From NCBI GenBank assembly GCA_048882505.1, contig JBHLRO010000001.1, positions 330,001 through 362,000 of the forward strand: 32,000 bases of DNA, written 5' to 3'. A model generated the notes under the pieces. The model was not told the DNA's origin and ran no database searches. It was given only the letters and a program-made list of their open reading frames with translations. The translations under genes were made by a program, and so were the position numbers. Of the stretch, positions 23,869 to 32,000 are shown in pieces; positions within the stretch are counted from its first letter, which is position 1, and every line of letters begins with the position of its first letter. Origin of the DNA: Candidatus Thorarchaeota archaeon (lineage in GTDB: Archaea > Asgardarchaeota > Heimdallarchaeia > Hodarchaeales > Hodarchaeaceae).

Positions 23869-26427
23869 TTGGGTTCCCAGGGAAAGAGAGTGAACAAAAC
23901 CAACCTCCTGCTTGATTTTGGCCCGAATAGCGAGCTGGCCAAGAATACTATTCGATTTTTGCACAGGGCCCTGGAAGAATCGCTTAATATGGACGATGAG
24001 GACATGAGTCAAGAAAAAAAACAGCTTCTTGATCATATAGTAAGGTATGATAAAAGACATCTGTTAGAACTCGGCCAGTTCTATAAAATACCTGGGAAGG
24101 AACCGAGATTCGTTTTATTTGGAATACAAACCTATTTCGCGCTGTTCATTAAGTTATTTGCGGCTGAAGTTGCTCACCTCCGCACACGGAAACATTACGA
24201 GGTATCCTACTTAAAAAATATAGTGAGTACGTATTCAGAAACTCCTGAGAAACTTAAATGTGTTTTTGAAGATCTAGAAAGTGGAAAACTATTTCTTCGT
24301 CTGATAAAGGTTAGGAATCTTATTGATCAAAGCATCTTCTCGTGGTACCTAAATGAATGGTCTGGAGAACTAGCTAATGTCATTTTAAAAATAGCATCTC
24401 GACTTTCGGAATATAATTTCAATTTTAAAAAGGAAAAAAGCAAAACAGATGATGTGTTCAAATCAATATACCTTGAACTTATACCAAAAGCTATTCGTCA
24501 TAAGTTAGGAGAATTTTACACGCCTCATTGGTTGGTTCAGTTTTCATTAGATAAGATTGGATATAATCTCGCTTCTTTCAAGAAGATTGCCCGAAATACA
24601 AGGGATCTCTTGGCCCCTTTTCGTCTTAGGGTAATTGATCCCTCATGCGGTTCTGGATCATTTCTTATTGAAGTATTAAATAGATTAAGATCATATGCTG
24701 AAAGGTACGGCTTAGAAAATGAGATGAGGAAGGTAATTTGCGAGAATATAGTTGGAATAGACCTTAATCCCCTGGCAGTATTAGCAACAAAAGCAAATTA
24801 CCTGATCTCAGTACTAGATTTGTTTCCACTAGAAAAGGAAATTGGACTGCCAGTTTTCCTAGCTGACGCTGTTTCACCAAAACCATCCGAGGTTTTATCC
24901 TCGTTGGGCGAATTTGATTTTCTTATTGGTAATCCCCCCTGGCTATTAATGGATAGGTTGCCCGTTGAATATCGGGAGGGAATGCAATCCCTCTGGGAAT
25001 ATTATGGGTTATTTACGCTAAAAGGATATCAAGCACAGCACGGAGGAGGAAAAAAAGATTTTTCTACATTATTCACCTATGTATGTTTGGATAGGTATCT
25101 TAAAAGTTCAGGAAAGGTTAGCTTCCTAATAACTCAGTCTGTGTTCAAAACTGTTGGAGCAGGAGAAGGTTTTCGTAAATTCAAGGTAAATGGCAAACCG
25201 TACAGAGTTACAGAGGTTCATGATTTTGGAGAAATTCGACCATTTAAAGGTGTAAATAACAGAGCCGTATTATTGATACTGGAGGGAGGCCATGAGACAG
25301 TTTACCCCGTTAATTATATGATTTGGATGCCAACCAGAAAAATGGACAGAGACTACCCCTGGCCAAGTTTTATCCAATCAATGCATCCAATACGCTTGGT
25401 CGCCATCCCCTCCATATCGACCAACATTCTCTCACCTTGGATAACAGTTCCTATTGATGTCCTTCCTATCGTAAAGAAGATTTACGGACGAAGTGAATAT
25501 TCCTCTAAGGAGGGAATAAACAGCGGGGGGTTAAACGGGGTTTTTTGGATAAGGCCTATGGAAATCCTATCCGCAATCCCCAGATCAGTTCCATTGAGAA
25601 AGGATTTACTTAAGCTCCCCGGAAGTCAGAAAACTCTAGCGATCCTCGCAATCCAAAATGTCACTCATGGTATGAAAAAGAAAGTAAAAAAAGTATTTGC
25701 GCGGATTGAGGATTTTTTTGTGTATCCTCTCTTGAAGTCCCGAAATGTTGAGAGATGGAAGATCAATAATTATAATTACGCATTACAAATGCAGGATCCT
25801 GTCAAACGGAAAGGATATGATGAAGATTGGGTTATTAACAATTTTCCGCTGACCTACGCGTATCTGAGAGAATTTAAGCAAATACTCCTCAGAAGAAAGT
25901 CGAAGGTTGTGCAACAATTGATACAACGAGGCCCCTTCTATTCAATGTACTCCGTAGGTGTCTATACATATTCCAAATTCAAGGTTGTCTGGAGTCAAAT
26001 GGGATCAAACCTACAGGCATGCGTTATATCTCGAGTTCAAGACAAGTACCTGGGAAATAAGCTAATTCTTCCTGAACACGTTCTGGCTTACATTCCAGTG
26101 GAAGATGAAAACGAGGCGCATTATCTCTGTGCCATTCTTAACTCAATGGCGGCCAATCTAGTTCTAAGATCAATAGCTCGAGGCACTAAAAGCTTTGGTA
26201 CTCCCCGTTTGGTGGATAAAACGATAAGAATACACAAATTTGACCAAAAAAACCAATCACATATGAAATTGGCGCGCCTCTCATTAAAGGCGCATAATTT
26301 CGCTCGATTAGGGTCATCCAAATTAATAGAGATTGAAAAAAAAATCGAAATGAGTATCGCAAACTTGTATAAGATTACTCCAGAAGAATACCTAAAGATT
26401 CAACAATGGTTGGAGATTATATCTTGA
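23869..26427 (+). CDS. Type IIG-like gamma-class N6-adenine methyltransferase-specificity protein lacking an N-terminal nuclease
   Basis: LFGIQTYFAL, LGEFYTPHWL, VIDPSCGSGSFL, GIDLNPLAV, IGNPPW (24931-24942), FKVVW, EAHYLCAILNS. A stop lies 42 nt upstream in frame. Confidence 0.85.
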   Translation: MGSQGKRVNKTNLLLDFGPNSELAKNTIRFLHRALEESLNMDDEDMSQEKKQLLDHIVRYDKRHLLELGQFYKIPGKEPRFVLFGIQTYFALFIKLFAAEVAHLRTRKHYEVSYLKNIVSTYSETPEKLKCVFEDLESGKLFLRLIKVRNLIDQSIFSWYLNEWSGELANVILKIASRLSEYNFNFKKEKSKTDDVFKSIYLELIPKAIRHKLGEFYTPHWLVQFSLDKIGYNLASFKKIARNTRDLLAPFRLRVIDPSCGSGSFLIEVLNRLRSYAERYGLENEMRKVICENIVGIDLNPLAVLATKANYLISVLDLFPLEKEIGLPVFLADAVSPKPSEVLSSLGEFDFLIGNPPWLLMDRLPVEYREGMQSLWEYYGLFTLKGYQAQHGGGKKDFSTLFTYVCLDRYLKSSGKVSFLITQSVFKTVGAGEGFRKFKVNGKPYRVTEVHDFGEIRPFKGVNNRAVLLILEGGHETVYPVNYMIWMPTRKMDRDYPWPSFIQSMHPIRLVAIPSISTNILSPWITVPIDVLPIVKKIYGRSEYSSKEGINSGGLNGVFWIRPMEILSAIPRSVPLRKDLLKLPGSQKTLAILAIQNVTHGMKKKVKKVFARIEDFFVYPLLKSRNVERWKINNYNYALQMQDPVKRKGYDEDWVINNFPLTYAYLREFKQILLRRKSKVVQQLIQRGPFYSMYSVGVYTYSKFKVVWSQMGSNLQACVISRVQDKYLGNKLILPEHVLAYIPVEDENEAHYLCAILNSMAANLVLRSIARGTKSFGTPRLVDKTIRIHKFDQKNQSHMKLARLSLKAHNFARLGSSKLIEIEKKIEMSIANLYKITPEEYLKIQQWLEIIS

Positions 26428-26571
26428 TTACGGCCCTAGAAAATCCATAGATTTCATTCCTATTTGAAAATTGGTGTTCAATGTTAGAATAGCTTGAGGA
26501 AATGATTCAACCCAAGTGATTAAAAGGAGAATTCCAAAATGAGTGAAAGCCAGAAAAATTAAGGTTTTAGT

Positions 26572-27963
26572 ATGCTTACATTCAAAGAAAAGGTTAGTTA
26601 CGGGATTGGACGTCTCGGGTCTTCCATAACTATAGATATGGCGGATCTCTTCCTAGGATATGTTTATTTTGCTTTCTTTGGTCTTGATAAAGATCCTTTT
26701 CTTGCGTTCCTCGGTGTTGCACTTGGAAAAATAGTCATTGCTTTTACTAGCTATGGCGCAGGATACCTTTCTGATAGGACAAACACGCGGTGGGGGCGTC
26801 GCCGCCCTTTCATTCTCATCGGAGCTCCGCTATTAGCTGTTTCCTTTTTCTTCCTATACTCTCCTCATCTTGTTCTTCCCCCTGGGAGCAACCCGATGGC
26901 AATTTTTACGTATCTCCTTGTCTTTAACACGCTTTACCAGGGATTATATGGATTTTTATTGACCCCATTCCAAGCCTGGATGCCCGAAATCACTATTGAG
27001 GCAGAACGACTTGAAATTTCAGGATATCAGAATACTGTCAATCTCATAGCATTTGTTATAGGTGCTGGCTCTGCGTTTCTTCTGCCAGCATTGTTGGGGG
27101 GTTCTTCAGAAGACGTAGATCTAGCAGCAGCTAATGGTTTTCTTCCCTTTTTATCAAACGGATTAGTTATCACCACTCTGATAGGTATATTTGCAGTATT
27201 GGTTGTAATATTCTTCATACCATCATTAATCGGCATTCATGCCAAAGAAGTATTTATTCCAAAGCCAAATATCCGAGAAGAACTAAACGTAATCTTTAGT
27301 AACAGAAATTACCTCTGGTGGACCCTATCCCGTGGTTTCCTCTCTGTAGGATTGAGCATAACTCTGGGAATCGTTTTGTCATGGATAGATAAGGCACTTC
27401 GGTTTGGATCGTTAGAATATATAGTATTTGGATTAACCCTTCTAGCTACGATTTTTGCCGGATTTTATTGGTGGGTCAAATATGGTAACAAAGAAGGTAA
27501 GACCAAGAGTTTCATATACTCAACACTTTGGATGATTGTATTCGTCCCCTTTTCTATACTTGTGGGCCAAATCCAATTTATTTCTGAAGTTGTTCCTATA
27601 CTTGTCCAGGCATTGGTTTTTGTAGTACTTACTGGAGTTGGGGTCGCGGGATTCTATCTTCTACCTTATGCAATAGTCGCAGATATTGTGGAAGAAGATG
27701 AAAGGAGAACGGGCGAGTCTCGGGGAGGAATCTACTACGGATTTGAGGCCATCCCACTTAATTTCTTTCAATTTATAGGATACCTGACTGTTGGTTTTTT
27801 ACTCCAAAACCTACCATTATTTACGGACTGGCGAGGTTATCAATATTCAATGGGATTTTTATTGTGGGGACCCGTCTCAGCGGTGTTTATTCTATGTTCC
27901 CTACTTATCTTTTGGCGAAAAGTGAATGCAGATCCCCTTAAGGATACCCCTCCCACTCGATAA
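26572..27963 (+). CDS. MFS transporter, GPH/MelB-like
   Basis: KEKVSYGIG, SDRTNTRWGRRRPFILIG, PFQAWMPEI, ADIVEEDERRTGESRGGIYYG; about 12 TMs. Confidence 0.9.
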   Translation: MLTFKEKVSYGIGRLGSSITIDMADLFLGYVYFAFFGLDKDPFLAFLGVALGKIVIAFTSYGAGYLSDRTNTRWGRRRPFILIGAPLLAVSFFFLYSPHLVLPPGSNPMAIFTYLLVFNTLYQGLYGFLLTPFQAWMPEITIEAERLEISGYQNTVNLIAFVIGAGSAFLLPALLGGSSEDVDLAAANGFLPFLSNGLVITTLIGIFAVLVVIFFIPSLIGIHAKEVFIPKPNIREELNVIFSNRNYLWWTLSRGFLSVGLSITLGIVLSWIDKALRFGSLEYIVFGLTLLATIFAGFYWWVKYGNKEGKTKSFIYSTLWMIVFVPFSILVGQIQFISEVVPILVQALVFVVLTGVGVAGFYLLPYAIVADIVEEDERRTGESRGGIYYGFEAIPLNFFQFIGYLTVGFLLQNLPLFTDWRGYQYSMGFLLWGPVSAVFILCSLLIFWRKVNADPLKDTPPTR

Positions 27964-28059
27964 AATTATCCTCATTATTGATGGTTTCAATCGGTTATCG
28001 TATCAATTTAAGACATCGGATTGAAGCACTTTGATCGAGTTTTTACAATCTAGGACGTG

Positions 28060-29322
28060 ATGAAAATTACATTCACCGGTGTAAAAAAACTCACAAACTC
28101 TGATTTCACGAATTTTGCGGCAATTGTGATTAGAGCATACCCAGGTATGCTCCCAGAAAGATTTTCGCAGGAGGACAAAGAATCCTGGATAAACCGGATG
28201 CAAGCAGTCCATGAGAAGAATGTAAAGATTAATTACTGGGGATATTTTAAGGATGATGTTTTAATTGGAGGCATGATCCTGTATGATTATAAAATGTCTC
28301 TTTTTGATGTACAAATGGATGTGGGCGGAGTTGGGATGGTTTGTGTGGATCTGTTGAGGAAAAAAGAACATACAGCTAAGAAATTAATTGAGTTTTTCCA
28401 TCAACACTATCTGGATCGAGGGTTCACAATTACGTGTCTTTGGCCGTTCCGTTCAGACTTCTATGAAAAGATGGGATATGCAATCGGGAAAAAAATGAAC
28501 CAATATCGGTTTAATCCCGACCAAATCCGATCGATATCCAGAGAATCCACGGTTTATTTCGAAACCACTGATATCCCAGAGTTATGTCGATTCTTCAATT
28601 CAGTTGCTTCACATACCCATGGAATGATCCTTCGAGAAGACCTTCAATTTAAAAATCTATTTAGGGACAAGTTCGTTGTCGGTTATCGACGAAATGGGAG
28701 GATTGAAGGGTATATCAGTTTTTCATTTAGAAAATTAAGCCCAGATAACTTCATACGGAATGCAATTGAAATTCATGAATGCATCTATTCCACCCCCCAA
28801 GCTTTCGGTGCACTATTAGTATTTTTAAAGAAACAAGATGATCAGATTGATCAAATCATATTTAACACTCCTGAGGATTCATTTCATCTTGTTCTAACTG
28901 ATTCCAGATTGGAGGATCCACCCATGTTCTTAACCGCTCAGGCCTCCAATTTACAGGGAGTAGGAATCATGTACCGTATACTTAATATCAAGAAGTTCTT
29001 CGAAAAACTCAAGGATCGAAGATTCGCCGCAGAGACCATCCGTGTGAAGGCTTCGGTTTCTGACACTTTTCTTCCAGAGAACTCAGAACCCTTTGTATTA
29101 TCCTTTAAAGACGGCCATGCTTCCATTCTCCCAGAACAAGATAACTTTGATCTAGAAATTAGTACAGATGTAGCTACATTCACGTCCATACTGCTTGGAA
29201 TAGCTCCATTCAAGACATTACATTCCTATGGCCTTATCCATGCCTCAGATTCACGCTATATTGAGAAATTGGATCGTATTTTTAGAACCAAAAGGCAACC
29301 CATTACTATCGAACAATTTTGA
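28060..29322 (+). CDS. Eis-like GNAT acetyltransferase with C-terminal SCP2-like domain
   Basis: VGGVGMVCVD, LWPFRSDFYEKMGY, MYRILN, and a C-terminal DLEISTDVATFTSILLG...L..YG. Start ATG 28060 or GTG 28057. Confidence 0.88.
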   Translation: MKITFTGVKKLTNSDFTNFAAIVIRAYPGMLPERFSQEDKESWINRMQAVHEKNVKINYWGYFKDDVLIGGMILYDYKMSLFDVQMDVGGVGMVCVDLLRKKEHTAKKLIEFFHQHYLDRGFTITCLWPFRSDFYEKMGYAIGKKMNQYRFNPDQIRSISRESTVYFETTDIPELCRFFNSVASHTHGMILREDLQFKNLFRDKFVVGYRRNGRIEGYISFSFRKLSPDNFIRNAIEIHECIYSTPQAFGALLVFLKKQDDQIDQIIFNTPEDSFHLVLTDSRLEDPPMFLTAQASNLQGVGIMYRILNIKKFFEKLKDRRFAAETIRVKASVSDTFLPENSEPFVLSFKDGHASILPEQDNFDLEISTDVATFTSILLGIAPFKTLHSYGLIHASDSRYIEKLDRIFRTKRQPITIEQF

Positions 29323-29330
29323 TCCGATTT

Positions 29331-29346
29331 GGAACCTTTTGGTTCC
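29331..29346 (+). terminator. Hairpin after the GNAT gene
   Basis: Perfect GGAACC-TTTT-GGTTCC 8 nt after the stop codon. Confidence 0.4.
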
Positions 29347-29476
29347 TCACCATAACTTCTAATCTTCTAGAATCCTCCAACCCCTCTCCTATCGGTATTT
29401 TATTCCGCAATCTTAAGTGTTATAAAAACTGCTAAAACTAAAGTCTTCGGAGGTTTTCCAAAAATAGGTGGGAACC

Positions 29477-29980
29477 ATGGCAAAGGCTGGATTAAATAAT
29501 TGCCCAAATTGCGGAACATATGTTGATCCAAAAGATTTCTTTTGTAATAGCTGCGGATCGGCACTAACCAGTCCTCAACGACCCAGAACAAAAGAGGTCA
29601 GGGGTTATATTCAGATCATTGGTGTCGTAGAAATAGTTTTCGGAATAATGGCCGTTTTTATTGGCATTATTCTCTCTGTATTCACGGCATACCTCCCCGT
29701 CTTATTGGGTTATGCTAATTTGAATTCGGATATACAGAATCTAGCAGATTTTACAGGTGTCATTCAATCATTTCTTGTAACAATCGCTCTTATCGTGTTC
29801 TGTTACGCCCTCGCATCGATTTTTAGCGGCTATAAACTAATGCAGTATCGCAGCGTCGGCCGAGCCGGTACAATGGTTATGGGGGCTCTGAATCTCTTTC
29901 TTATCCCTGTTGGCACCATTTTCGGGATTGCAGCCCTTTATATCTTGACCCGCCCAGAGGTTGAACCCCTCTTCACGTAG
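29477..29980 (+). CDS. Zinc-ribbon domain membrane protein
   Basis: CPNCG...FCNSCG followed by 3-4 TM helices. ATG 29477 follows an AGGTGGGA RBS. Confidence 0.85.
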   Translation: MAKAGLNNCPNCGTYVDPKDFFCNSCGSALTSPQRPRTKEVRGYIQIIGVVEIVFGIMAVFIGIILSVFTAYLPVLLGYANLNSDIQNLADFTGVIQSFLVTIALIVFCYALASIFSGYKLMQYRSVGRAGTMVMGALNLFLIPVGTIFGIAALYILTRPEVEPLFT

Positions 29981-30258
29981 TATCGTCCTCTTCTTCCTTA
30001 TTTACCCATTTAAGATCTTTTGCTGTATAAGAAAACATACCCTCAAACCTCTTGAACTGGTGCGATCGAACAGACGATTCGGCGTTTCCGACGCCACATA
30101 ATTCATCGGGAGCTTTTAGAAAGTGGCAAACGCTCATATCCTGCTTAATCGCGGAAATATGATATTAGAATCGGCCAAAAAAGATGAACTTTGGCACTAG
30201 AGAACCTCAGATCCTACGGTCTGATAAGCCCTATCCATCTGGAGTATACATATTCATT

Positions 30259-30756
30259 TTAGCCATAAAGGAGTTTACTCCCACTAGGATCAAATTCCTC
30301 CATAGCACCTCTGTTTTTTATAATCATAACTTCAACAATTTTTTTAGCTAGATTATCAGAGATGTCCAAGGACTCTTGTAACCTTTCTAGGAATTCTTTT
30401 TCCTTTGTATCCACGATTCCATCTGCTAATACGATATCTACTGCAACTGCAAATGCCGTTTCCTTTAAGTTATGATCTAAGCTGTTTTTAGCGGAATCTA
30501 CAATCGTTCCAATTCCTTCTCTTCTAATTATATTCTGAAATCTGTTTAACATGTCTACAACTTGGTTAGGATGGAATCTCCTAAATGCTCTCATCCTTCC
30601 AAGAGTATGTATCATGGAATTGATTTCAACCTGATTAATTACGTCATCAGCAGCTACAGAACTCAATGCGATTCCCAAAAAGGCTTCTTCTGTAGATAGC
30701 TTTAGTTCTTTGGCACGTAATGAATTTACTTTAAATAAAGAGTCAAATAATCCCAA
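30259..30756 (-). CDS. TerB-like (tellurite resistance family) protein
   Basis: AADDVINQVE and ETAFAVAVDIVLADGIVDTKEKEFLERL...L.I....A.KI. TTG start (MGLFDSLF) after a GAGAGGTGG RBS. Confidence 0.82.
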   Translation of the reverse strand: MGLFDSLFKVNSLRAKELKLSTEEAFLGIALSSVAADDVINQVEINSMIHTLGRMRAFRRFHPNQVVDMLNRFQNIIRREGIGTIVDSAKNSLDHNLKETAFAVAVDIVLADGIVDTKEKEFLERLQESLDISDNLAKKIVEVMIIKNRGAMEEFDPSGSKLLYG

Positions 30757-31394
30757 CTTGATACCACCTCTCATTTAGTTTAGAAAAGCTATTTAAAAAC
30801 GCGTATTTGTATCGGTGTTTACTTTTAAAGTTATCTATGCAACTTTCTGCTTCAAAAAACCCCCTAATATTGGGCCTTCCTCTAGCACAATCTATGGGTT
30901 GTAATTTGGTCAGGTTTGATTTCAAGAAGGCTTAACTGCATTTAGAAACTAGTCAATTCCTTATTCTTGCAGTTTAATGCAGTGTTAAGCCGCCTTAACC
31001 AAATTTATTTCATTTGGTTTGTAATAAGATCGAATACGTCACTCATGTAGGTTCCTAGAGTTCCGAAGTAACGTGCCGTGTCATGAAAGAAATCGTTTCT
31101 TAAACTACATCTCCTCCCGATCTTCATCGACGTTCTCAAACTAAGGAATGAACCTGTAATTCATTATCAAACTGTAATGGTTGATTTTATATCAAAAACG
31201 TCATAAATGCGTCCTCATGAATCCCTCAAGAGATGGGACCTCTGTTTACCAGATCTCCCCGTTTCGTCTCTTTTATTTGTCCTTGAAACTACTTGAAACT
31301 ACCTAAATGCTAGGCCATTTGAAAATTTCGGGCTGATTAAGCAACCAAAACTTTAAAACCACCCACTATTATTTGCCCTGGGTTTTAGCACACG

Positions 31395-31913
31395 ATGACT
31401 AATCACAACAAGCAGCTTGTAAGAGATCTAGTTGAATGCATGAATGAGCGAGATTTTGACCGGGGAAAAATGTTGCTTCATCCAGATGTCACCTTTGGTG
31501 TATTTATGACATCGACTGGGAATTTCCATGATGTAAAAGGAATAAATGATGTGATCGCGGTCTTGGAAGCTAATTTTGGAGGGTCCAATGATATTATCTT
31601 TGTTACTAGCAAGATAGTCTGCGAGGGGAATGCAGCATGCCTGTGGGGACTTTTGAAAGGCTCAACCTTCTTGGACGTTGCCCTTGGCCCATTTGAGGTC
31701 AAAGCATCGGCACTGATTGAATTTGAGAAGGAGAAGATGATCCGATTTACATGGATACCTGACACATTTGCCGTGATGCGTTTAATGGGACGGGTCTCAT
31801 TTGTTTCAAATGACCAAGACATAATAAACCAGTATCTCGATAATCTAGTTGAGATGGGGCTAATCCGTGAAACGGACAGAAGGTTAAGACGGCCAAAAGA
31901 ACATGGGGCTTAG
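31395..31913 (+). CDS. SnoaL/NTF2-like fold protein
   Basis: NKQLVRDLVECMNERDF...LLHPDV, KGINDV, IVCEGNAA, IEFEKEKMIR..W..DT..VMRLMG. Confidence 0.7.
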   Translation: MTNHNKQLVRDLVECMNERDFDRGKMLLHPDVTFGVFMTSTGNFHDVKGINDVIAVLEANFGGSNDIIFVTSKIVCEGNAACLWGLLKGSTFLDVALGPFEVKASALIEFEKEKMIRFTWIPDTFAVMRLMGRVSFVSNDQDIINQYLDNLVEMGLIRETDRRLRRPKEHGA

Positions 31914-32000
31914 ATTATGACTGCTCTATGATGAAGTTAAAAAACCAGAAACGAATAGGTTCTTCAACAGACGGTGATAGAAAATCGCAATTTAACATGA

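Noticed and set aside
26395-26427. QQWLEII at the end of the IIG-like MTase as a third PIP box
   Set aside because: It lacks the aromatic residues at positions 7-8 and looks like the normal terminal helix.
20730-26427. BREX/DISARM-type defence island
   Set aside because: No PglZ, ATPase, helicase, PLD or other signature genes lie near the methyltransferases.
1-32000. CRISPR array, IS element, integrase, rRNA
   Set aside because: No regularly spaced repeats, terminal inverted repeats with a transposase, recombinase motifs or rRNA-like sequence were seen by eye.

Overview
Gene-dense prokaryotic window with about 28 CDS. No rRNA, tRNA, CRISPR array or transposase was seen. Archaeal origin is likely, given GGTGA/GGTGG/GGAGG ribosome-binding sites, TATA-like boxes and T-rich terminators; the gene repertoire resembles Asgard-type MAGs, but no marker gene confirms this. 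Housekeeping and catabolic genes include an Ldh_2 dehydrogenase, meaB, surE, a GH38 mannosidase, ilvE, a cystathionine beta-synthase/gamma-lyase pair, an ABC-2 exporter, two MFS transporters and an Eis-like GNAT. They are interleaved with FOUR amino-DNA methyltransferases of three architectures (beta, alpha/Dam-like and two gamma) within about 15.6 kb, with no recognisable restriction endonuclease. Two of these methyltransferases carry short C-terminal tails resembling PCNA-interacting (PIP) motifs, which would suggest replication-coupled methylation. Also notable is a tandem paralog pair of uncharacterised RHH-like plus beta-repeat proteins (one with a leucine zipper) behind a periodic, palindromic operator-like site. 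Smaller oddities include a probable CTG start, an in-frame TAA in an MFS N-terminus, protein insertions and intergenic hairpins. All family assignments come from motif recognition by eye; no database search was run.
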